In this document: positions 40,926 to 50,130 of the stretch, piece by piece
How positions within the stretch are numbered: position 1 is the stretch's first letter
Layout: each line of letters opens with the position of its first letter
Assembly (NCBI GenBank): GCA_965222075.1
Contig: OZ244937.1
Span: 928,001 to 992,000, forward strand
DNA length: 64,000 bases
Direction of reading: 5' to 3'
From: Candidatus Latescibacterota bacterium
GTDB taxonomy: Bacteria > Latescibacterota > UBA2968 > GCA-2709665
The notes under the pieces: generated by a model
The model's input: only the letters and a program-made list of their open reading frames with translations
What the model was told of the DNA's origin: nothing
Databases searched by the model: none
Made by a program: the position numbers and the translations under genes

Positions 40926-41615
40926 TTCAACGAAGTATTTCCCGTCTCGGACGTCGGCCTCTTTGGCCGTTCGCAGGACCACCTGGTTGCCCTCTTCGTT
41001 TGTTTCCTCGATCTTCCAGTTCAGGTTGGTCAAAAAGAATGACACTGCCCGCTTAATCCCGGGCCAGGTGTAGTCGTCCAGGATGATTATTCCGCCCTTG
41101 CGTACGAGATGCCCGAGATAGTACAGGTCCAGGAAGACTCTGTCGAAGCGGTGGTTGCCATCGACAAACCCGAGGTCGAAGCTCCGACCTTCCCCCAGAA
41201 ACTGCGGAAGCGCAATTTGGGATTCTACAGCGTGATACTCCACGAGCTGTCTGATCCCTGCCTCCTTGAGGACCTGCAGCCCGCAGTCGGCGAAGCGCCA
41301 TGTCTGATTGGGGTCGAGCACAACATGCCGTGCAGCATGGTTGCCGTTCAGAAGCAGGCCTTCACAGATGTGTAGTGCAGAAATTCCGTAACCCAGGCCG
41401 ATCTCGATGGTTCGCGTCGCGCTTTCGCGAGATACCCAGTTCCGGAGTGATTCGCATTCCCCGGGACTCACCGCAACGGGAAAGATACTATGCCTGGTGC
41501 CGTCAGAGGTCGCTACGACAGATCCGTCACGAACCAGTCGCTCGATTACCAGTCGCACCCGCTTGACCGCCGCGTCCCGATTCAATACGGTCTCCCTACT
41601 TCTCCGTGAACGCAA
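40920..41615 (-). CDS. Class I SAM-dependent methyltransferase (Methyltransf_24-like)
   Basis: EIGLGYGIS, FVDGNH, GGIIILDD. Confidence 0.85.
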   Translation of the reverse strand: MRSRRSRETVLNRDAAVKRVRLVIERLVRDGSVVATSDGTRHSIFPVAVSPGECESLRNWVSRESATRTIEIGLGYGISALHICEGLLLNGNHAARHVVLDPNQTWRFADCGLQVLKEAGIRQLVEYHAVESQIALPQFLGEGRSFDLGFVDGNHRFDRVFLDLYYLGHLVRKGGIIILDDYTWPGIKRAVSFFLTNLNWKIEETNEEGNQVVLRTAKEADVRDGKYFVEF

Positions 41616-41638
41616 AGAGGGGTTTCTGTCTCATTATG

Positions 41639-41862
41639 TCATGACTCCACCGTTTCGACTTCTACTTCTGTTTGGAAGTAAAGCCTGAGTCGGATCGGAA
41701 TATCCTCGTCAAGAAGCACTCGCATCCTGTGCTCTCAAGTGATCCAGTCCCTCAAGTGAAAGCTCGAGATACGATTCTATCTGCCAACGCTCGACCGTGG
41801 GATAATCCTGGAGAAACTCTTCGATGGAGTGCCCCCCTTTAAGATAACACACCAGGCTGTCT
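41639..41862 (-). pseudogene. Broken DUF433/DUF5615 TA pair (antitoxin 3' part plus toxin 5' part)
   Basis: GHSIEEFLQDYPTV followed by MRVLLDEDIPIRL..., which stops after 28 codons. Confidence 0.75.
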
Positions 41863-42114
41863 TTTCCACGGTTTGCGAACCCCGAGCTCGGCCGCTGAGC
41901 CTGCATCCTGAGTATGCGTTCGTTTCGACAAGCTCAACGAACCATCATTGAGCCTGAACCCTGAGCTTGAACCCTGAGCCTGAACCCTGAGCCTGAACCC
42001 TGAGCCTGTCGAAGGGTGTCGAAGGGTGTCGAAGGGTGTCGAAAGGGTGTCGAGGGGTTGCCGAAGGCGAGGCCGCCCCAGGCGGCGCAGCGAGCCGGGA
42101 GCACGCTGTTGTGT
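41863..42114 (-). repeat. attC site expanded by nested palindromic repeats
   Basis: R'' ACACAAC; loop contains (TGAGCYTGAACCC)x4 then (TGTCGAAGGG)x4; R' lost at the junction with DUF433. Confidence 0.75.
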
Positions 42115-42171
42115 GCTGTGTCAGCCTGGGGTGATGAGGTGCGGCCTTGCCACGGATGACAAGGCCGCTGT

Positions 42172-42348
42172 CTATTCAGGTTGATCTACATGTTCAACTC
42201 GCTTGGGAGGAAGGGAAGTAAACTGCCTTCCACTTGTTTTTTCTCGCTTTTTTAGATCCTTATAAATAGCCTGTAGATCATAGTTAAATTTCCTCGCATG
42301 TGCTTCGCGTATTTTCCTGACTTCTTCTACAATCGGATCTTTCCACAT
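42172..42348 (-). CDS. Small putative antitoxin of a PIN toxin
   Basis: MWKDPIVEEVRKIRE...FNYDL family; paralog at 44035. Confidence 0.7.
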   Translation of the reverse strand: MWKDPIVEEVRKIREAHARKFNYDLQAIYKDLKKREKTSGRQFTSLPPKRVEHVDQPE

Positions 42349-42352
42349 ATCA

Positions 42353-42640
42353 TCATTTCTCCAATAATTCTTCAGGTGTACAGATAATCGTTGGCTCATA
42401 CCCTTTGGTCCGACAGATCTGCTCAATTTTGCTCCGCATCGCTGCATTAGCCAGATGACTGCAATTCCACGTCAGCAGATAATCCATGCCATTGATTACA
42501 GCCGTAGCGATATGGATCGCATCTTCAGCAGCCTTCTGAGGAAGAGGACCTTTGTCTACAAGCTCATTGGCAAGAGATAAGCCTTCTTCGGTTACTTCCA
42601 GCAATTCGACTGTTTCCAATACTGCCAATCGTCTCTGACT
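42353..42640 (-). pseudogene. PIN-domain toxin, 5'-truncated
   Basis: DAIHIA...DYLLTWNC.HLAN...ICTPEEL; N-terminal YIETS motif missing. Confidence 0.75.
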
Positions 42641-42641
42641 C

Positions 42642-42884
42642 ATTACTCTGGCCAACTCTCTTGACTTCCAAGAAAATTTTCGGACGTCCCGTGCTATCGC
42701 AGAGAGCGTAGTCAACTCGTCCTGACTCCACAGGATATTCGGGAGCCACCACCGAGGTATCGGATACAGGCCAGTCAAGCGCCTGTAACACGGGCAGTAC
42801 GATGCCCTGAGATACTGAGGCCTCGTTCGTGAATTTTCCGGATTTGAGTGAAACCCGAATTCGATCAACAGTTTCTCGTATCAT
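42642..42884 (-). pseudogene. HSDR_N-like restriction endonuclease fragment
   Basis: NEASV...LPVLQALDW...PEY...GRVDYAL...FLEVKR PD-(D/E)xK motif; truncated. Confidence 0.7.
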
Positions 42885-42949
42885 CAGTCTGTCTCCTCTG
42901 CGGTCCAAGACGGCCTCTTCATCCACTTCGTGTTGTTCGGTTGCGCCTA

Positions 42950-43090
42950 AGATTACGTCTGCGACGGCTTTCGGTCCGCCGGAGGCGGTTGGCGCGGCGT
43001 TTGTGCCTCTCAGCAAGCGACGTGACAAAGGAAGCTGTGCCCGAAGGATCGAAGGAGCACAGCGACTGAAACGCAGACGCGGTGTTAAAT
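42950..43090 (-). repeat. attC site (long)
   Basis: ATTTAAC-ACCGCGTCTGCG...CGCAGAC-GTAATCT; left arm nearly identical to 54090-54180. Confidence 0.7.
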
Positions 43091-43368
43091 GCTGGCAGCG
43101 TGGCCTTTAAGGGCCAACATACAGCGTACACCATAGGATGGTTGTTTTATTGCTCATCCGCTTCCTGTAAACGACTCACCGCTGCAACTGCGATATGGTA
43201 GGCATCCATTTCAGCTGTGCAATAGCGACCGGGAGCGTAGCCTGTTACAAGCCGGCTACTTGGCGCCCAAGCAGCGGCTCCGATCGACATCTTGTTCAGC
43301 GAGAATTCCAGCAACACAAAAGCCTACGAGAGTCCTCGGTGGTCCATCTGGAATCCATGACAATCCTC

Positions 43369-43902
43369 TCAGTCGAAAATTATGCTATACTGCATCACTC
43401 GATAGTCTTGCTCTTTTTCGTGTTCTTGCACAAGATGATTTGCCCATTCTTCGTTCGGAACGACGATACTCCCGGTCTCGGGGGCGAAGTCGAGATATTC
43501 GCATTGCACCCGCCACTCTCGCTCCCAAGTGAAATCGACAGGTTCCTCGGAGTCTGGTCGGTACAAAACATGGCGCCACTGGTGGGAGGCTGGTAACGAA
43601 TAATATTCTTCGTCACTTTCGTAGATTACAGGTCTGCCTCCCATAGCAAATATCCATGATTTGGAAAAAAGGATGCCAAACGGGCGGTACCTTGAGTAGG
43701 CGCGTTCATTGACGAGTCCCCCGTCCAGAAGTCCGATAGGTGCTTCTGAGAAGCACACACAAGGATGCTGACCTTTGGTCATTCTGCTACCTGCAAGCAG
43801 CCGGCGCTCACCAATGATCTTCTGTAAGGTCTCGAACGCCTGCTGATTTGATTCGCCGGAAGTAAAGTGGATGAGATAGGGCGACATGTCTAGACGTGCC
43901 AA
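43369..43902 (-). CDS. AbiGi-like / ART-fold protein (cassette)
   Basis: LIHFT, CVCFSEAP, FGILFSK, GGRPVIY, WEREWR. Confidence 0.6.
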   Translation of the reverse strand: MARLDMSPYLIHFTSGESNQQAFETLQKIIGERRLLAGSRMTKGQHPCVCFSEAPIGLLDGGLVNERAYSRYRPFGILFSKSWIFAMGGRPVIYESDEEYYSLPASHQWRHVLYRPDSEEPVDFTWEREWRVQCEYLDFAPETGSIVVPNEEWANHLVQEHEKEQDYRVMQYSIIFD

Positions 43903-43945
43903 ATTCTGAACCTCCTACTTCTTTCCCCTTGAAACTCCGTATGCA

Positions 43946-44020
43946 GTTCCCGCCACTTGCGAACCCGCGGGGTGGGTTGTCGAAAGCCAGGGCGCGATAG
44001 CGACGTAGCGCTACTGTAGG
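43946..44020 (-). repeat. Eroded attC site
   Basis: Body nearly identical to 44715-44805 (GCGATAGCGACGTAGCGC; GTTCCCGCCA.TTGCGAAC). Confidence 0.6.
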
Positions 44021-44034
44021 CTGAGAAGGTGGGG

Positions 44035-44217
44035 TTACGTGGCTTCGGGCTCTTCGTTGACAGTCCGTCTCTGCGAACGTGCCCGGTCCACGACTCTGCG
44101 GGCATGTTCACGCTCTTTTTCACGGATCATGGCGCCCAAACGGTTCACGTCATAATCGTGCTCGCGAGCAATATCCTCCTTGATCTTCCACAAGGCGGCT
44201 ATGACTTCATCCTTCAT
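44035..44217 (-). CDS. Putative antitoxin
   Basis: MKDEVIAALWKIKEDIAREHDYDV; overlaps the PIN gene end. Confidence 0.65.
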   Translation of the reverse strand: MKDEVIAALWKIKEDIAREHDYDVNRLGAMIREKEREHARRVVDRARSQRRTVNEEPEAT

Positions 44218-44704
44218 CGGGCAGGCCTCCTACCATCTCCTGGGGAGTGCAGATCTCCGGACAGGGATACCCATGCTCAGTACAAAGTGCTCGAACCCGT
44301 GGCTTGATCAGAGCATTGTCGATGTGCTTGAAGTTCCAGGTGAGAAGATAATCGACGGCGTGCACGACCGATAGTGCGATGTGGAACGCGTCATCTGCTG
44401 CCTCAATGGGTAGCGGACCAGGGTGGACGAGCCTGCCAGCGAACTCGATGACCGGGTCCGACACAGCCAGTAAGGGTATGCCCTCGAGATTCGCCATTCT
44501 GCGTTCTGCCGCTTCCTGATCGCCACGACTGGCTTCTTCAAGCACCAAGGCCGAAGTGCAAAGATCGAAATCCTGGCGCTGGTGGTTCCACCACGACACC
44601 GTCACGTCTTGCCAGGCCGCTACCAACAGGCTCTGCGATGGGCGCGCTGTAAGGTAACTCACTATCGATGTTTCGATGTAGACCGACGGCATAGGATGAG
44701 ACAC
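44207..44704 (-). CDS. PIN-domain (VapC-like) toxin
   Basis: VYIETSIVSYL, DAFHIA, DYLLTWNFKHIDN, ICTPQE. Confidence 0.88.
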   Translation of the reverse strand: MSHPMPSVYIETSIVSYLTARPSQSLLVAAWQDVTVSWWNHQRQDFDLCTSALVLEEASRGDQEAAERRMANLEGIPLLAVSDPVIEFAGRLVHPGPLPIEAADDAFHIALSVVHAVDYLLTWNFKHIDNALIKPRVRALCTEHGYPCPEICTPQEMVGGLPDEG

Positions 44705-44714
44705 CCCTAATTCA

Positions 44715-44805
44715 GTCTAAGTTCCCGCCATTTGCGAACTACGCAACGCGGGTTGCTGACAGGCCAGGGAGCGATAGCGACGTAGCGCAAGTGGACGTGT
44801 TATGT
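44715..44805 (-). repeat. attC site
   Basis: ACATAAC..CCACTTGCG...CGCAAATGG..TTAGAC (the G of R' is missing). Confidence 0.7.
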
Positions 44806-44868
44806 AGCTCCTTCAGGACACAGGGGCGTGCGCGCTGGCCCCACCTGATTCGCGCTTTTTCAAACAGG

Positions 44869-45267
44869 TCACTCCGCGAACGTTTCCTCGCCCCTTGCCT
44901 TCTGTTTCTGCCTTATCTCTGCGATTTCTTCGTCTGTCAGACTTTCTCTGTCCGTTACGATCGTCTGTTCGATGAGTTCCAGCTTCAATTCCCGGTTGGT
45001 CAGCCACTCCCAGCGAGCGGCATTTGCCGGGTGGGGATGTGGATGCACATCACGAGGCCCCACCTCATCGGAAACGACATAGAGATAACCTGGTGTGACG
45101 CCGTTATGCTTCACCTCACCTCCGTCGGACATAGAGACAAGTGAGGGCCTGTGAGAGAACGCTTTCGCCACATTTCTGTTCTGTGTGATCGAACTTCCGA
45201 CCCGAAGTTTCGTCAGTTCCTGCTGAGAGCCATGGTACCACGTGAGACTATAGTCGCAATCCGGCAT
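44869..45267 (-). CDS. Small protein with Arr-like ADP-ribosyltransferase signature
   Basis: WYHGS, SITQN..AKAF, GYLYVV, WEWLT. Confidence 0.5.
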   Translation of the reverse strand: MPDCDYSLTWYHGSQQELTKLRVGSSITQNRNVAKAFSHRPSLVSMSDGGEVKHNGVTPGYLYVVSDEVGPRDVHPHPHPANAARWEWLTNRELKLELIEQTIVTDRESLTDEEIAEIRQKQKARGEETFAE

Positions 45268-45388
45268 CAGTAACCTCCGGTTTGCGAACCCCGAGCTCGT
45301 CCGCTGAGCCTGAACCCTGAGCCTGTCGAAGGGTGTCGAAGCGTGTCGAGGGGTTGCCGAAGGCGAGGCCGCCCCAGGCGGCGCAGCA
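45268..45388 (-). repeat. attC remnant with two nested palindromes
   Basis: R' GTTACTG; body identical in type to 41863-42114; R'' lost at the hicA junction. Confidence 0.7.
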
Positions 45389-45451
45389 AAAACCCGCCTT
45401 TTCTAAAGCTCGCACTGCATTCAAATGATTGACACCTGATATTTTCGGCAT
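45389..45451 (-). pseudogene. hicA: HicA toxin, 5' fragment
   Basis: MPKISGVNHLNAVRALEKAGF, then cut. Confidence 0.7.
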
Positions 45452-45452
45452 C

Positions 45453-45650
45453 CTATACCGTCAACTCGATCTCTCGTACTTCTACGTCATCCAACAGATT
45501 GTCAACGACTTCAAGATACTCACGTATTGCCGTCTCGATGTTTGCAATCGCTTCATCTTCCGTGTCCCCTTGCGACCAGCACCCTGGCAAGCCAGGCACC
45601 GAAACGCTATAGCCTTCTTCGGATTTGTGAAGAGCGATTTTATACCTCAT
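45453..45650 (-). CDS. hicB: HicB-family antitoxin
   Basis: GYSVSVPGLPGCWSQGDTEDEAIANI. Confidence 0.88.
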   Translation of the reverse strand: MRYKIALHKSEEGYSVSVPGLPGCWSQGDTEDEAIANIETAIREYLEVVDNLLDDVEVREIELTV

Positions 45651-45674
45651 CAAAACCTCCTTGCGGTTGTTCAT

Positions 45675-46442
45675 TCACGTGTTTGATGACAGCCTCTCCT
45701 GGCTCTTTTTCAACAGGAAGCCCGCGTACCGTCGATCCCGACCATAGGTTGCACGGTACTCAATCTTGAACCCAGCCTTCGTCAGTTCCTCTCTATATCC
45801 CTTCAGGCTCCGCGCACGCCCAAGTAGAAATATCTTTTTGCCTTTTACATCCCTCCACTGGTTTCCCTGGCACTTCTGAAACGAAATTCCAGAAGTGGTG
45901 GTGCCCGTCAGCCTGCAAAATTCATCGAATGAGGAAATCGGACCTTCACAGGCGTCCTCGTCACGCGCACCAAAGAGGATGAAGTATCCTTTGCCCTGCA
46001 GGACTCGTCTAACATTCCTCAAATAGACTTCTCTGTGAGCGTCGAGAACCAGCATATTAAAGCAATAGCAGTCGATAACGATTTGGAACCTGGTGGTCGG
46101 GAAAGTGTGAAGATCCAACACATTCTCTACCTCGAATCTTGCATCTACACCACTTTCAGCAGCTCGTTGTCTGGCTCGTTCGATGGCTGCCTCGGAGATA
46201 TCGATACCCAGATACTGATATCCAAGCCCTGCCAGAAAGAGGCCGGTCGTGCCGTCCCCACATCCCAGGTCCAAAATCTTAGTTTTCCGCGGAGAATGTG
46301 GGATTCTTCGAAGTAGTCCCTTGAGGCGCTGAAGATCCCTCTGCTGTGAGGCCCCTTCACCAAGGTACGTCAAGCCTTCTTTATAAGCGACTCGATAGTT
46401 GTGATCGTATGCCTTTAAGTATGATCGGTCATCAAACTTCAT
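45675..46442 (-). CDS. Class I SAM-dependent methyltransferase
   Basis: ILDLGCGDG, GIDISEAAI. Confidence 0.85.
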   Translation of the reverse strand: MKFDDRSYLKAYDHNYRVAYKEGLTYLGEGASQQRDLQRLKGLLRRIPHSPRKTKILDLGCGDGTTGLFLAGLGYQYLGIDISEAAIERARQRAAESGVDARFEVENVLDLHTFPTTRFQIVIDCYCFNMLVLDAHREVYLRNVRRVLQGKGYFILFGARDEDACEGPISSFDEFCRLTGTTTSGISFQKCQGNQWRDVKGKKIFLLGRARSLKGYREELTKAGFKIEYRATYGRDRRYAGFLLKKSQERLSSNT

Positions 46443-46466
46443 AGGTCAGTTGTCGCAGGTAATGGC

Positions 46467-46532
46467 GTTTAACGTTTTCGCCGTGCCCGAACCGCGTAGC
46501 GGTAAGGCGTCGGGGGCAGCGGTTGGTTATGC
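46467..46532 (-). repeat. attC site
   Basis: GCATAAC (contains the TAA stop of the upstream gene)...GTTAAAC with TGCCC/GGGCA stem. Confidence 0.85.
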
Positions 46533-46847
46533 CCCAACTTGCACGAGACTGCGCGGTTGCAGCGAAGCAAGGGTCTCTTCCAGCTTTGGCACGAGCGGCA
46601 TCAGGACGTGTAATTCGTTCGACTGCGCATGCAGGACCACGACCCCTATGGGGAGGGCGGATAGGTTCTGTTGGTACTGAAGATTCTTGTCGACGGTGAT
46701 AAACGCATCAAAATCCGACGCCGCAAGGCGGAGCACCTCACCGTTCTTGTTACCACCCCATCCCATCTCCACCACCGTCCGTACGCTATGGCTGGGTAGG
46801 GATTGCCGCAGGCGACGGGGAACCGATTCGTCAAGAAGTAGACGCAT
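46527..46847 (-). CDS. DUF5615 PIN-like toxin
   Basis: MRLLLDESV, GW..KNGE, FITVDKNL.YQQN. Confidence 0.85.
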   Translation of the reverse strand: MRLLLDESVPRRLRQSLPSHSVRTVVEMGWGGNKNGEVLRLAASDFDAFITVDKNLQYQQNLSALPIGVVVLHAQSNELHVLMPLVPKLEETLASLQPRSLVQVGA

Positions 46848-47049
46848 CGGCAAAAAGACGTGCTTTCGCGGCCTCGAGCACAGCTACTGCTGCCTCGCGG
46901 GAAACAGAGGGAAAGTCCTCCAAGAAATCCTCAAGCGAAGAGGTCCCCTCAAGGTAGTCGAATAGGTTCTGAACCGGTACGCGGGTCCCCTTGAAACATA
47001 GTGCCCCACTCATGATCTCCGAATCGCGGCTGATGTAAATAGCTTTCAT
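46831..47049 (-). CDS. DUF433 antitoxin
   Basis: IMSG..CFKGTRVPV, LEDFLEDFPSV. Confidence 0.88.
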   Translation of the reverse strand: MKAIYISRDSEIMSGALCFKGTRVPVQNLFDYLEGTSSLEDFLEDFPSVSREAAVAVLEAAKARLFADASTS

Positions 47050-47137
47050 TGATACCTCCAAACTCGAAATCCTATGCTGTATATCACCATCAAATACTGC
47101 AAGATCGGTCAGCCTATCACGACACTCGGATGTTGGC

Positions 47138-47192
47138 AATTAACGTCTCAAACTGCTGATTAGCAGTGCTTTGTAGGTTCTGGTTGTTCAGG
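47138..47192 (-). repeat. attC-like site (degenerate)
   Basis: CCTGAAC...GTTAATT with an ACTGCT/AGCAGT hairpin. Confidence 0.5.
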
Positions 47193-47218
47193 CAAGAGTA
47201 CCAAGCGTTCTAAAACCA

Positions 47219-47820
47219 TTAGCGACGGTATCTGTCCAACTCGGTTCTGACCTTGCGGAAAAGATCAGGCTGAATCTCCGGATGGGTCAGTTTCCCAGGA
47301 AGACTATCACCGAAAAAGGTTTCCTCTATCTCAGAATCGGGCATTTTTCCCAGTTTTTCTACGCGAGCATGAAACAGGAGGCCGCAGTTGGTTCGTCCAT
47401 CTTGTTCCACCGAGTACGCACAGATTCTCTTCAGTTCAAAAGCTTCTGCACCGGTCTCCTCACGTAGTTCCCTGGCGGCGGCCTCCGCTGGCTTTTCTCC
47501 AGGCTCAATGTGTCCGCCGGGAATCTCCCACGTATCTCTCTTTTTGTGTTTGCAGAAGATCCATTGGCCTTTGTACTCAGCAACAATCACCACGTATGTG
47601 AGATCGAGATCTGTGACAGTTCCCACTTCAGGAAATGAAACGACCACGCAGTTCCTCTGATCCAGTCCCTCAGGTGAAAGCTCGAGATACGATTCTATCT
47701 GCCAACGCTCGACCGTGGGATAATCCTGGAGAAACTCCTCAATGGAGTGCCCCCCTTTGAGATAACACACCAGGCTGTCTACCGGGACCCGCGTGCCGGC
47801 GAAGACCAGATCTCCGCTGT
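47219..47820 (-). pseudogene. Chimera: DUF433 fragment fused to a NUDIX hydrolase
   Basis: SGDLVFAGTRVPV...DYPTV in frame with WEIPGGHIEPGE..AAARELREETG. Confidence 0.7.
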
Positions 47821-47899
47821 GGCTGGGTGTTCTACATGCTCCCAAAATATAGACCGCCATTTCAAAATGTAAGGGTCCAGAAACCTGAAAAACGATTGC

Positions 47900-47988
47900 G
47901 TCTAACGTTCCCGCCACTTGCGAACCTGCCGCAGGCAGGTTGGGTCGGAGGCGCGTATGCGCCAGAGCCGTAGGTGCTCGTGTTAACT
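47900..47988 (-). repeat. attC site
   Basis: AGTTAAC...GTTCGCAAGTGGCGGGAAC-GTTAGAC. Confidence 0.75.
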
Positions 47989-48037
47989 GCGGTGCAGGAT
48001 CCTCCCTCCGCAAGGCCTGTCTATCCCAAAGTTGCTC

Positions 48038-48991
48038 TCACAGAACTTCCATAACCCGGTCAAGCCTGCTGTGAATTTCCTCTGTCTCCGCAAGTTCGAG
48101 ACTTGCCTCTGCCCAAGAAGGAAACCTGGGCCGCCGGAAGGCCTCAACGAGAGCATACAGAGGGGCCATTAAGTCGTCTAAGGTTTTCTCCCTGGGATCG
48201 GTCTCGCCGTACGCAGACCGGAATGCATCCGCAGCATCTGGTCCAAGAGAGCCGGTTACGTTTCTGCAATCGGAATACCGCAATCCCAGCCCCAGAAGGT
48301 GGTAGTCAAACACAACGGCCCTGATTGGCTTCTCGTTCCGAGACAATGCCAAATTGGTCCAATGGAAGTCATTGTAAGTTAGGGTCTCAGCAGAAGTCAT
48401 CGCGGCGTTCTTGATTCTGTCGATGTTGTCGGCAAGAGTGACCCACTTGGACTGATCTGAGCCCCGGACCTTCGAAGCCACCTCCAAGATCGACGCAGGA
48501 GTCAATTCGTCGATCTCACGCCACAAGAATGAAGGCCCGGGCTGACCCGTCCACAACCTCGAGTCCGTATCGTGAAGTGCTCGATACCAGGCCGCCAGAG
48601 CGACGCCAACCTCAGCTTTCCCGATATCGTCCTCACCGGCAGGCCTGAGATGTTTGCTGACTTCAAGATCTTCAAGAAGAAGTGCATCATTCGTCCTCGC
48701 AATGACGCGGAGGGTGGGAACCCCAAGATCCTTGAGGAGCGCATACGCCCCGACTTCTCTTGAGGCATCCGGATCTCCGAATACTTTCAGTATGTAAGAG
48801 GAACCTTCAAGAGCGATCCGGAAGAGGCGATTACCATGTCTCTCCTGGATTGGCTCGACCTTTTCCAGATGAGAGGTATCAAACCCCATCTTTGCCAGGG
48901 TAGCGCACACATCATCGGCGGATTCCGTCACATCGTCTCTCGCAGGGTTGAATGCTCTCTCATATATCAACTCAGAGGCAGACGGCTTCAA
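48038..48991 (-). CDS. Aminoglycoside/choline phosphotransferase-like kinase
   Basis: YILKVF, LLLEDL, YNDFHWTN, VFDY. Confidence 0.75.
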   Translation of the reverse strand: MKPSASELIYERAFNPARDDVTESADDVCATLAKMGFDTSHLEKVEPIQERHGNRLFRIALEGSSYILKVFGDPDASREVGAYALLKDLGVPTLRVIARTNDALLLEDLEVSKHLRPAGEDDIGKAEVGVALAAWYRALHDTDSRLWTGQPGPSFLWREIDELTPASILEVASKVRGSDQSKWVTLADNIDRIKNAAMTSAETLTYNDFHWTNLALSRNEKPIRAVVFDYHLLGLGLRYSDCRNVTGSLGPDAADAFRSAYGETDPREKTLDDLMAPLYALVEAFRRPRFPSWAEASLELAETEEIHSRLDRVMEVL

Positions 48992-48998
48992 AGAAAGA

Positions 48999-49830
48999 CT
49001 ATTGCCGACGTTTCAGCAGGAATATCATTTCGGGCGCCTCGGGTCCGATTGGTCTCCGGTCAAATGATCCAAACTCTTCCACACTCTCAAGACCCGCAAC
49101 GTAGAAAAGCAGTTTAAGGTGAGGATAAGTATAGGCGCTCATCTTCAACGGCTGTACTTCCTCAGATAGAACTTGATCACCCTCACACAACCGGAAGATA
49201 AATCTGCCCGAGAAATTCAGGTTGACCGGGTCGATCTCGTCCTTTACAAAGTAACGCCGGATCATCCGATCAGTCCCATCCTGCGCAGGCCACTCCAGGT
49301 CCAGGTATTCCTCGCCGATGCCCGATAGAAGTTTGTCGAAACGAGGATTAAACACATCAAAGGCGAGGATACCGCCATCTGCCAAATGTCTCCCCGCGTT
49401 CTTCAGGGCAGCCAGCTGGTCATCCGTGGTGTACATATGTTGCATGGGTCTGAATGGAATCATTACCAACGAAAACCGATCATTCAAATAATGGGTCCGG
49501 AAATCTCCCTCTATAACTCGTATTCTCCGTCTTACGCCTGCAGGTTCTTTGGCGAGCTTTGCGCGTAAGACCTCCAGCATCGAATGAGAAGCATCCAACC
49601 CTGTGACATCAATACCTTGTCTCGCCAGTGGCAAGGTAATTCGTCCGGTGCCGCAGCCCAATTCGAGGACAGGTCCAACCCTGTGACCACAGTGGCAAGG
49701 TAATTCGTCCGGTGCCGCAGCCCAACGTATTGGCCAGATCGAGATAGAAGTCCCTGTTCGTCAAATTGTCCTTGACGCCGTATGCAGCGTCGTAATGCTT
49801 CGCTCCCGAACTGTAGGGATCATCAATCAT
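48999..49830 (-). pseudogene. SAM-dependent methyltransferase disrupted by an internal duplication
   Basis: VLELGCGTGR motif; 36-bp segment duplicated (49626-49661, 49690-49725), shifting the frame. Confidence 0.75.
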
Positions 49831-50130
49831 TCTCTTCCCTCCATTCTATTCTTTTGCTCCTGGCCTTTTTCTTGCTCGCCCAGGAAAAAGGCCGCCTGTC
49901 TGCGTGCGTGAGACAGCACGCACAGGCAGGCGGGGGCTGCTTGCTCACCTTCCAGCAATCCTTGCTGCGCATCAACAATGAGTAGTGCTGTGACCGATTT
50001 CTTCATACAAACCCACCATATTCACCGGCTCTGGCACCCACGTTCCGGGAAATATGTCATTGGCCGACTTTCCCGACCATGCCGCTTTCAGGTAAGATTC
50101 TCGCCGTGGAGGTTGAAGGGTCCCTGTCCT

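Noticed and set aside
41949-42060. CRISPR array or simple VNTR
   Set aside because: No unique spacers and no cas genes; the A^n B^n layout with matched arms fits nested insertion better.
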